This document shows positions 47,775-57,500 of a DNA stretch of 64,000 nt, piece by piece. The position numbers and the translations under genes were made by a program. Positions within the stretch are counted from its first letter, which is position 1, and every line of letters begins with the position of its first letter. Under the pieces are notes generated by a model. That model had not been told where the DNA came from. It saw only the letters and a program-made list of their open reading frames with translations, and ran no database searches. The DNA is taken from the NCBI GenBank assembly GCA_963733095.1, contig CAVTBV010000016.1:96001-160000 (forward strand), given 5' to 3'. This stretch comes from Candidatus Bathyarchaeota archaeon (lineage in GTDB: Archaea; Thermoproteota; Bathyarchaeia; Bathyarchaeales; Bathycorpusculaceae).

Positions 47775-49697
47775 CTATAGTGCCTCCGGAACACCTTTTA
47801 TTTTTGCATAATTAAACACAGGACCATCCTTGCAGACATAGATTTGGTTGATTTGGCAGTGCCCACATTTTCCTACACCGCATTTCATTCTACGTTCAAG
47901 CGACATTATTATGTGATCATCTGGAACTTTTTTGACTTTTAAGTCGGCGATTACAAATTTGTACATGACTGGCGGACCGCAGAGTATGGCAAGGGTTTGT
48001 TCTGGGTCAAAAGAAACCTGTGGAATAAGCGTCGTTATCACACCAATGCTCCCATTCCATACTTCGTTTTCGGGGCACCAGTTAACAGTTGATTTAAACT
48101 CAACATCATCTCTTGAAGCTAAGGCCATCATTTCTTCACCAAAAAGCAATTCCTTAGGTTCCTTGCATCCATATAGCAAGAAGACTTTTCCATAATCTTT
48201 CCGGTTGTCAAGCACATAATTGAATAGCGACCTTAAAGGAGCTATCCCAAGACCGCCTGCAATGAACAATAGGTCTTTGCCCATCAGTGAATCAACGTCA
48301 AAGCCGTTTCCGAAGGGTCCGCGGATGCCTAATTTGTCTCCCTCGTTTAGTTTGTGCAGTCTAGTGGTTACATTTCCTAACCTACGAACGCAGATTTCAA
48401 AAGTGTCCTTCTTTGTAGGTGAAGAAGACAAAGAAATAGGGGCTTCACCTATGCCAAATGTTGAAACCTCGACAAACTGACCCGGTTTATGATTAAGTGT
48501 TGAACCATCGTCTAATCTTATTTCAAAGAGAGTTTCAAGCGAAGTCATCGGTGTCTTTTTAACTATGGTAGCTAATTTGGGTACAAAATTTATGTTTCCT
48601 TCAGTTTGAATGTTAACGTCTGGAGCAACGGATGCCGATAGTTGGTTGCCGCTAATTTGGCTTTCATGGTACATGTCGTTGAATACGTCTACGGGGTTGG
48701 CTATGTTTGGGAGACAGTTTGAAGAGCACCTGCCACAGCCCACACATGAAACGAAACCGAAGCGGTCAAAGAGGTACTTTCCCTTCTTGAAGTAACGGTG
48801 ACGATACCTTGTCGGTCGGGTTGCACGGAAGTTTTCTCCTGAAGCAATCTTGGCAAAATCCTCAAGCAGACAACCGTCCCATGTCCGAATTCTTTCGCCT
48901 GCCTCCAAGGTGAGGTCAGGATTATCTTTAACGTCAAAACAGTAGCAGGTGGGGCACACAAGGACGCATGAGCCACAGGCTAAACATTTTTCAGAATGCT
49001 TTTCCCAGAAACCGCTTTTTTCATAGGAGTCTTTTAGCAGCTCAGGTATTAGCTCAGGGTTAAAATCAAAGTTTTGTTGGGAGAGATTCATGATTTCTCT
49101 TTTTTTCTGTCCAGCAACCTGTATGTCGCGTGCCAAGGCAGCTGTTACGTTTTTGGCGTATTTGGAGAGCAATTCTTCTCCTTTTTGTGACCCAACGTTT
49201 ACGATGTACCTGTTGCCTAAGTCAGTTAACATGAGGTCATAGCCGTAGTCAACAGAGGAAGATCCCATAGCGGAAGAGAAATTCCATTTTGAGAGTTTTT
49301 GGATGTTAACGCCTATGATTATTGATGATTCACGTTTTTTGAAGTAGTAGGGGTCGGATTTTGTTTCCCTAAAGATTTCATCCATGTGAAGCAAAGCCAC
49401 GATATCATAGGGGTGAACGCCGATTATTACCATGGGTTTTACTTCATCAGGCTGCTTAGCCGAAAATCCACCCGACAAGGCATAGGTAAATAGGGTTTCT
49501 CGCTGGGGAAAGAAGTATTTTTTCGGGGGTAGCAAAGTGACATCGTAGTCAAGTCGTAATTCCTCAGCTGTTTCTAGGGGTGCAAAAGCAAATTTGTTGC
49601 CTCGAGATTTTACCCCGACAACGTTCAATGATTCATCTTTTATCAAGTTATTTACGAAATCTTGAAAATCAGGTTTTGAAATGATCTTCATGACCAT
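47775..49697 (-). CDS. Fused sulfhydrogenase beta (AsrA-like Fe-S) and gamma (FAD/NAD(P)-binding, 2Fe-2S) subunits
   Basis: CLACGSCVLVCPTCYCF and CVGCGRCSSNC, then PGQF, GPFGNGF, AGGLG.AP, CGPP.M, CGVGKCGHC. Confidence 0.9.
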   Translation of the reverse strand: MVMKIISKPDFQDFVNNLIKDESLNVVGVKSRGNKFAFAPLETAEELRLDYDVTLLPPKKYFFPQRETLFTYALSGGFSAKQPDEVKPMVIIGVHPYDIVALLHMDEIFRETKSDPYYFKKRESSIIIGVNIQKLSKWNFSSAMGSSSVDYGYDLMLTDLGNRYIVNVGSQKGEELLSKYAKNVTAALARDIQVAGQKKREIMNLSQQNFDFNPELIPELLKDSYEKSGFWEKHSEKCLACGSCVLVCPTCYCFDVKDNPDLTLEAGERIRTWDGCLLEDFAKIASGENFRATRPTRYRHRYFKKGKYLFDRFGFVSCVGCGRCSSNCLPNIANPVDVFNDMYHESQISGNQLSASVAPDVNIQTEGNINFVPKLATIVKKTPMTSLETLFEIRLDDGSTLNHKPGQFVEVSTFGIGEAPISLSSSPTKKDTFEICVRRLGNVTTRLHKLNEGDKLGIRGPFGNGFDVDSLMGKDLLFIAGGLGIAPLRSLFNYVLDNRKDYGKVFLLYGCKEPKELLFGEEMMALASRDDVEFKSTVNWCPENEVWNGSIGVITTLIPQVSFDPEQTLAILCGPPVMYKFVIADLKVKKVPDDHIIMSLERRMKCGVGKCGHCQINQIYVCKDGPVFNYAKIKGVPEAL

Positions 49698-49878
49698 TCT
49701 CCCAAACGCTTATTCAGGAACACTAGAAACAGGGAAGCAGGCAATTTAACGTTTTTGGAAGAAACTCTAAATGGGGATGCCCAGCCAAAAAAGCAAAAGG
49801 CACGTGTTATCTTATCCAAATAGGCGCAAACAATCAAGGGCTTTTTAAAAGAAGAAGCCAGCGAATCTTTTCATTTCT

Positions 49879-50482
49879 CTACACGGTTCTTTTTGCGCCG
49901 CAGTTAGGGCAAACCGTCAGAGTTTGGTCCATGAGGCTTTGGCAGTACTTGCAAGGAATCATTACAACTGTTCGAATTACTTCCCTTTTCACTGTAGCCG
50001 CCTGAACCTGCGCGATCGGAGCTATAACTTGAATTTCGCAGGTTTCAGTTGTCCTGTCAGGTCTGCCGTCCACGGCGAGAACACCTTTTATGGTCCATGT
50101 TACCCGTCTGTCTACACCTGTATACGTTGGTCTTGCCCCAGCTGGAATGTTAATGTTGATGGGTATGCTTCGGTTTTCGCAGTTTGTAAAGTGCGAAGCA
50201 CCAGAAAGAGCTGGTTTTGCACTGTAAATAACCGCAGATTCATCCACCATTTGGGGAATTGCCCTTTTGAGACTAGCATCATAGACTTGTCTTATAACTT
50301 TAGCACGTTCAACACAAGCAATTTCGCATCGAATTTCGGTTGTTTCAAAGTCCTCTTTTGAATTTACGTTGAGTGTTCCCTGCAGGTTTTCTCCTAATGC
50401 TACCGAGTAATTTGGTAAGTCTCAATTGGACGTATGCCTCAGGGGCAGTAAGTTTGTTTGTAAATTTTTTAAGGAAACCCAT
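49879..50482 (-). pseudogene. Frameshifted arrestin/Spo0M-like + zinc-ribbon protein (paralog of 51978..52580)
   Basis: MGFLKKFTNKLTAPEAYVQL then a frame change near 50418 to LPNYSVALGENLQGTLNVNSKEDFE..., joining ORF 49879..50250; 604 nt = 3n+1. Confidence 0.75.
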
Positions 50483-50729
50483 CGTAACACCCTGTGAGTA
50501 ATGAATCGTTTATTTGGGGGTCGGGCTTTTAAGATTTGTGAATTGATTTTTAACTTTTGTTTTGTTGAAAATTGTTGCTTCTATTGACACCAGTTTTTTG
50601 GTTGAAGTTGGTTTGCGAAACTAAAAACTGAATTTTTCACTAATTTGCCTTGTTTTAAGGGTTACTTTGATATTTCACTCTAAAGGTTTATTTTCCTGAA
50701 GACACGTTTTTTGTCGAGCGATTTTCAGA

Positions 50730-51965
50730 TTGGAACCCGACATCGAAACCCAACAACAAGAAACAAAACAAAAAAGAATCGAATTCAACTTTCCAATGCT
50801 AATCATCAGAACAAAACTGTTCGCCAAAGTTTTCGACAAACTCGGTTCCCTGCGCGCCTCACGATATCTTTCGTGGATAGCTCTTTTGCTGGTTCCCTTC
50901 GTCGCTGGAATAGCACTCTACCTCATAGTTAACAGCCTAATCGGTTTAGTATCAACCCCCGCGGTTGGTCAAGCAGTTCGGGATTTGGGTCCTGGAGCAA
51001 TTCTGTTGTTGCCTGGAATCAACCCGATACTTCCAATAGTCTACGGATGGATTGCGATAGTGATTGCCATCATGGTTCATGAAGGAGCACATGGAATCAT
51101 CGCCAGAAATGTAGGGTTGAACGTCAAGTCCAGTGGGCTACTGTTTTTCCTGTTTGTTCCAATTGGCGCTTTTGTAGATGTTGATGAAGAACAAATTAAG
51201 AAAGCTAAACCCCGATCGGCACTAAAAGTGATGGCTGGCGGAGTTGGCGCAAACATCATCATTGCAATCGTCTGTCTGTTAGGGGTTTTAGTTCTTGTCG
51301 GAGGCTTGACCCCAGTAATCGATAACGGTGTATACATCAACGATGTAACAGCGGGGATGCCGGCTCAAAGCGCGGGACTACTGCCCAACGACGTTATTGT
51401 TTCAGTCGATAATGTAAAGATCAACAGCACAGCGGATTTGAGAACGATACTAGACAACAAGACTGTGGGAGATATGATGCAGGTGACGGTGGCAAGGGGC
51501 AACCAATGGACATATCACTACTCAACCACCATCAACCTAACAACCTCGGAAAACCGCACTGTCATGGGCATACTAAGCAGCGACTTGATGACCCAAGCGC
51601 GACTAGACAATTACAGAACGTTCTCTATTGACAGGTTAGCTATGTATTTGGCGCCTCCAACCTTAGCTCAGGGTCTAGTGCCCTTTTCGGATACCCTAGC
51701 GCCATTCTACACTTCATGGATAGGACCACAATGGCAAATAATAGCCAATGTCCTCTTCTGGGTCTGGTTTATCAATTTTAACCTCGCAATCTTCAATGCC
51801 TTACCGATCTATCCGCTGGATGGAGGCAGAATCCTCAACATAGCGTTGAAGAAAGTTGGGGGCAACAGAATGAGTGAAAGAGCAATCCGTGTAGCGACTC
51901 TGGCAACAACTGCGGTTTGCGTAATTCTCGTTGTGTTAGTTACGGTAGTTCCCTTTATCTTGTAA
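50730..51965 (+). CDS. Site-2 protease (M50) with PDZ domain
   Basis: HEGAH, GAFV, PDZ (PAQSAGLLPNDVIVSVD), NALPIYPLDGG. Confidence 0.93.
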   Translation: MEPDIETQQQETKQKRIEFNFPMLIIRTKLFAKVFDKLGSLRASRYLSWIALLLVPFVAGIALYLIVNSLIGLVSTPAVGQAVRDLGPGAILLLPGINPILPIVYGWIAIVIAIMVHEGAHGIIARNVGLNVKSSGLLFFLFVPIGAFVDVDEEQIKKAKPRSALKVMAGGVGANIIIAIVCLLGVLVLVGGLTPVIDNGVYINDVTAGMPAQSAGLLPNDVIVSVDNVKINSTADLRTILDNKTVGDMMQVTVARGNQWTYHYSTTINLTTSENRTVMGILSSDLMTQARLDNYRTFSIDRLAMYLAPPTLAQGLVPFSDTLAPFYTSWIGPQWQIIANVLFWVWFINFNLAIFNALPIYPLDGGRILNIALKKVGGNRMSERAIRVATLATTAVCVILVVLVTVVPFIL

Positions 51966-51977
51966 ATTATTGCCCGG

Positions 51978-52580
51978 TTAATTCTTTCTTCTGGCTCCGC
52001 AGTTTGGGCAGAAAACTGAGGTCTGAGGCATAAGTCCACTGCAGTAAGAGCACGGAATTAACACCACCTCACGTTGTACTTCTTTCACAACTGTGCTTGA
52101 AGACTGATTGACCTGCGGCCTACCTACCTGCACTTCATAACCTATCGTTTGAACTTTGGGACGACCCACGACATCCAGGACCGCGTACAAAAACCACTTC
52201 ACATAATGGTCAACACTGTAAGTGGTTTCTTTAGCCGCGCAGGAAACCACCAGAGAAAACGGGTATGAAGCCTCAAACCCGGCGGGAACCCGTGAAGACC
52301 CAAACAAAACACAGGAAGTCGTATAGATCACGCCATTGTCCCAGTACTCAACTTGTTGAGTACCATACTGGTTGCCGATAACGCGGGTTTTTTTAAGATT
52401 CTCGTTACATGATAGCCAGACAACAGCCCGGGTAACATCGAATTCTTCATCTGAAGAAATTCTTATTCCACCTGTAAGGTTTTCTCCCAGAAAAAACTGG
52501 GGCTTGTTTACGTTTAATTCAATTTTCGCTTTAGGCGGACCTGGCGGGTTAATTATGTTTGATAGCCATTTCGGGCTCAT
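51978..52580 (-). CDS. Arrestin-N/Spo0M-like protein with C-terminal zinc ribbon
   Basis: FFLGENLTGGIRISSDEEFD...YPFSL...VKWFL beta-rich domain; CSYC...CPNCG. Confidence 0.7.
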   Translation of the reverse strand: MSPKWLSNIINPPGPPKAKIELNVNKPQFFLGENLTGGIRISSDEEFDVTRAVVWLSCNENLKKTRVIGNQYGTQQVEYWDNGVIYTTSCVLFGSSRVPAGFEASYPFSLVVSCAAKETTYSVDHYVKWFLYAVLDVVGRPKVQTIGYEVQVGRPQVNQSSSTVVKEVQREVVLIPCSYCSGLMPQTSVFCPNCGARRKN

Positions 52581-52691
52581 GTAGTAATCCCTAACTTGAC
52601 TAAGTTCGCATGTTTTCTTTTATGCTTTCCTTATTTAAAGTACCTTTGAATTCATCACCTAGAATCTAAAATGTCCAACTGCACTGTAAAG

Positions 52692-53075
52692 TCAGCGTTC
52701 ACGTTGAATTGTACTTAGTCTGTCCCTCACGGTAGCAATGAGTTCTCCAGGTTTGACTGGTTTGACCAGAAAATCGTCAGCTCCATAGTCAGCAGCTTTT
52801 TTGCCAACTTTATCAGTTGAGAAGCCTGTAACAATGATTTTGACTGTTTCAGAGCCATCTGCCATATGGCGGAGAATTTCGATTCCATCCATATCAGGAA
52901 GCCTAACATCAATCAAACAGACGTTAAACTTTTCCTTTTTAATCTTTTCAAGGGCTTCTGTACCTGTCTCAGCTGTCTCAACAACGTAACCTTCTTTTTC
53001 TAAAATACTTTTGAAAACCCTCAAAACATCTACATCATCATCAACTACAAGAATGCGCTTTTTTTCCTCACTCAT
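52692..53075 (-). CDS. Stand-alone response regulator receiver
   Basis: ILVVDDD, D.RLPDMDG, TG, KP. Confidence 0.92.
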   Translation of the reverse strand: MSEEKKRILVVDDDVDVLRVFKSILEKEGYVVETAETGTEALEKIKKEKFNVCLIDVRLPDMDGIEILRHMADGSETVKIIVTGFSTDKVGKKAADYGADDFLVKPVKPGELIATVRDRLSTIQRER

Positions 53076-53186
53076 TCAACTACCGCCCATCAAAACGAAA
53101 TAGACCTAAAGAAACCTAATATTTGAAAATCAACCTTTCTTGCGAAACATCGGAACACGAAACACTACCCACACAAAAAGTTCGGT

Positions 53187-53465
53187 TTAGCCCCATTTTC
53201 GGAGAGAAGCAATCGGAATTGTCCTCATAGCTACGACCCCTTCGATAGGGCGCACAATGTCGCCAACAAAATGCAACGCATTCTCATTCGTGTCTGCCTC
53301 GAAAAGAACGGCGAAGTCCCATCTGCCAAACACTTGATAAGCTTCCACCAACATAACACCTTTCATCGGTTTTTCTTTCCACTTCATTATTTCACCATAC
53401 AACTTTCCTGACCCAGCAGAACCCAGCTTTATAAAGGCAAAATACTTCTGTTTAGATTCTTCCAA
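53187..53465 (-). CDS. Lrp/AsnC ligand-binding (or GYD-like) domain protein
   Basis: EAYQVFGRWDF...IVRPIEGV..MRT pattern, no HTH. Confidence 0.7.
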   Translation of the reverse strand: MEESKQKYFAFIKLGSAGSGKLYGEIMKWKEKPMKGVMLVEAYQVFGRWDFAVLFEADTNENALHFVGDIVRPIEGVVAMRTIPIASLRKWG

Positions 53466-53546
53466 TTAAAACACCAATCAAGAAAACTACCGTAGTTACC
53501 GCTTTAAGGGTATGTGGATGGCTTAACACAACAACAATGTGGGTTT

Positions 53547-54500
53547 TCAAAATTTAGTCAAGTCGACGCCAACTCGTTTGGATAACGAAGGCGTGTCGTT
53601 TAGAACATATACAAAGGCGTAGCCTCTCCAAGCGCCCCATCTTTTTTCCACAGTTTCTTTAAGGGTAGGTATCGTTTCCCGTGGTTTTTCAGGTATTTTA
53701 CCGTAGAACAACACGCTAAAGATTTTGGCGCTCCAAACATCCAGCGGAAAACCCGTCTTAGGCATCACCAGTTCAGCAGAGTACTCACCGATTCCCTGCA
53801 ATGTCAAAAGTTGTTTTTTGGCTTCTTCAGGCTCCAAGACGTAGAGCTCGTCCATGCTGGGGAAGCCGTGGATTAGCTGCGTTGCGATAGCTTTGAGGTT
53901 TTTGGCACGGTAGCCCAGTTTAGCCTTGTCTTTTAGCTCATCCACAGAGGTAGCAGAGAGGGTTTGGGCAGAGGGCCAGTACCTCACAGTTTTTCCATCG
54001 AAGTGGGCGTCTTCGCCATAATTCTCCATAAGCAAATCCATCATTTGATGGCTTCGCTTCATGGGCGCCATCTGCAAAGAAACAGCCAAGATTAAGGCTG
54101 GAAACAGCTCTGGCCAACCAATCGTATGCAAGCCATAGAGGTCCTTAACTACACCCTGCAGTATAGGGTCGTCTTGGCTGAGTTTGTAGAAGTCAGTCAG
54201 GTCTTCTTCGACTTTGAGGGCGCGTTTTAGCATCTGTATTATCGATTGTTAGGCAGAATCATCCTTGTTTGAATGGGAATAGACCGCGCAGTTTATCCGC
54301 GGTTTCTCAACAGTTCCTGTAGAAATCAGTTTTAGACCTAAGAGTTCCATATTAAAACGGGTAGCGCTCCAGCAAATGCCGCTTTCGTATTGTTCTTCTG
54401 GAGTCGACCAATACCAGCCTGCGGGTTTTCGGAGGGTAAGCTCAAAGCTGTAGGGTGCAACGGCGTCAAGGCCAAAATTAAATGTACTTTTAAGGTTCAA
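53547..54500 (-). pseudogene. HhH-GPD (AlkA/Ogg-like) DNA glycosylase interrupted by an in-frame TAA
   Basis: ORFs 54249..54500 and 53547..54233 are in the same frame, separated by a single TAA (54249-54251); LGYRAK, L.GIGEYSAE, PLDVW. Confidence 0.75.
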
Positions 54501-54552
54501 GATAAGCCCTGAGTATAAAGTGGCTCTTTTCAGTATTTATAGAGTCAGGGAT

Positions 54553-57500
54553 TTAGGCTTTATTATCTGATTTAACGTAAACTTCAACTTTCACAGAGGA
54601 AGCTGTCTGACCGAGAAACTCTGATAAAGCTCCTGTCCACTGCGCAGCGGAATCCGCTGTAAACCCGACCGTCTGCGAAATCCCACGCCACAGCAACGCT
54701 TTGTCGTAGTCCTTGGCGTCTTGAGGCATGAACTCAAAAATCGACCTGCTAGCTATGATGATCAGCTTTTTCTTCATACGGGAAATAGCTACGTTGATTC
54801 GGTTCAAGTTAAGCAGGAAGTCGCTTTCGCTGCGGACGTAGTCTGGGTCGCTTACGGTGGATGAGATGATGATGCAGTCTGCTTCGCCTCCTTGGTAGCG
54901 CTCAACGGTGTCGATTCGAGCGTTTTCGCAGCCCTCCGCTAACATGTTTTTGAGCAAGCCTTTCTGCGCGTTGTGAGGCGTAATTACGCCTATACCCTCA
55001 GATTTCACGTTACGCGCCAAAGCCTCAACGATTGAAGCTTCCACCAGATTCGACTGGAAACTCTCAGCTTCATCGTGGACAATCAATACGAAAACGTTCT
55101 CAGGCTCCAAAACAACCCCTAAACCATTCGTCTTAGGCGCCGAAGTTGCCAACGTTCTTTTCTGGTCGGAGCGAAAATCAATCTTGTCCTTCTCATAGAC
55201 CCATTCCCGCAAAAACTCCGCAACCACTGAGTGGCATCTGTGGCTTTCGCATAGCCGCTCAGCTGGAATATCTGCAGGGTGTTTGCAACTAATGCGTTCG
55301 ATGCCGAGGTCTTCTTGACGCAGTAAACGAAGGAAATCCATGGCTGAGAGGAAGGATGCCATTTCTTCGAGGGTTCGACGATCTTCCTTTTCCCAGTTGT
55401 GCGCTTGGATTGGGGGCAGTTGGCGATGGTCGCCGGCTACAAGAATTTGGCTGCCTTTGGTTAAGAATGAGCCTGAGAGAATGAGTTCAGGGAGGCGCAT
55501 CATGCTGGCTTCGTCGACTACGAGCAAGTCAAAGAAGCCCTCACCCCAAGGTGGCTCGGAATCTCCAATTTTCTTCATTAAACCATACAAACCTGGCGGA
55601 GTGAGACACAAAATCAATGGCTCAGAACCTGAAGCGATGGGAGTTAACGTTGATTGGTTCATCAGGCAATCTGTAAGTTCCTGAAGGGTGTCTTCGTCTT
55701 CGTTGTAGTTAACGTATGTGACTCCGTCTATGGGTTTGGCGGATGAAGTGGAACTGCTCAAGACGCGGTAGATGTTTAGGTCTTTTAGGTCGTTACATCC
55801 TTCCCTGCAGTACTCCTGCCAGCACCGTGCAAGTTTGCTTACGAACTCATGAATTGCTTTGTGGGTTGGAGCAACCATCAAAACCCTGCACCTGCCAACG
55901 GCTCGGTGGGCGGCAACATGGGCTAAAACTGTCAACTGCAACGTCTCTGTTTTTCCCGTGCCCGGTGGACCCTGAAGCATCACAATCTGCTCTTTCCCAA
56001 AAACCCGCTCGATGAAACGTTGCTGCTCAGCTTTAGGGGAAAAGCGTCTGCCTGCAACCCAGCGTAAAAACGGCAAAGCCGCATTCTTTGGCAAAGCTGT
56101 ATGTAAAGACGCCTCAGATTTGCCTGCTAAGAACCCTGCTAACAAACCGTAGAGCACATTGTTGGCATGATAATCAAGGCATTTAGCTGCTCTGTCAGAT
56201 ATGATGTCGTCTGCCAACTCATCTAAAATGTAAAGCCGCCCAACTTCAAAGAGCTGCATATACTTGCTCTTTGCTTTTTCAGAGTCAGTTGTTGGAAGAT
56301 TGTGCCAAGCACTGTATTTTCTGCCCTTGCCGCTGGGCCAACTAACGACGTTAATAACCAACTCGCCCTTTCGCACATCAACTTTTTCCACGATAGCCCG
56401 CGCGGATTTTTCCACTTCGGAGGGGGAGCGTTTCTGGGCTTCCTCAAACTGCCCCTGCTCACTGCGCTTAAGCTCAGTCACAACCATCCAGTCGCCCGAA
56501 CTCGACCCATCCGCGCCTTTAACTCTGCAAGCGTTAGCCACGCAGTCAGCCTTGGGCAAACCAATACCTTCGTAAACAAGTTTACCCCGAACCACAAAAT
56601 CTTTGTCAGATTCATCGATACCTGTGCACTCAAAAATCAGTGACCTGCCTGACGCAACTCGCTGGTAAGGAAGCAAAGCGTAATGCTGGTACATCTCTTG
56701 ACGCTTGGAGAAATACTCCAAATCCAAAAACTCTCTGCAGCCACGCTCCAACGTCGCCGCACCCAATGAGAAATTGGCAATGGTGGGAACAGCAATAGGT
56801 TTTTTGCCCAGCCGCCTATTGCGAATCGTCAATGACCTCTCGATGAGTTCCAGAGCCATACAGAGCTTTAATCCCATCAAATTTAACTCTTCATCAGTGA
56901 TTCGCCTTGTCTTCTGGACGTAATCGCACCATTTGTGTTTTTCAAGCAGAACTTTCGTGGGATAATTATCTAAACGATTCTTGGCAGCCCAAAAGTACTC
57001 GATTGGGATTTGATTTCCAAACCGAGCCCGTGCAGGGTAGTAACCATCTATGTGTCCATTGCCTCCCTCGAGAAAATGAATGGGCCCATCCGGATTTCGC
57101 CTGAAAGGAAGTAAAAAATTGAACAATCCGTCGCGAAATACCAAGCGCAAATCAACAGTTGAGCCGTCTTTGCGCTTTGCCAACCAAGCTTTATTGCTTT
57201 CAAAAAAGCACGATTGCTCAAGGATGGGTAGAAGCCCTGTGCTGTGGAACTTGAGTGCTTTTCTATGCACTACCTCGTCTTGGATGATAGAGAACATAGG
57301 TTGGTCGATGGCTTGTCGTAGACCTAAAAGGTCCCTGATTGCCATGGCGCCGAGCAAGGTTGGTTGGCGGCGGACTGCTTCCATGAGTATGTCTCTTTCG
57401 CCTCGGCTGAAAAAATATAGGTGTATTGGAACTTCGTCAGGACTGCCTATTTCGTTGGCAACTTTTGTGATTGCAACTGTAAGGTCTTTGAAAAAAGCTT

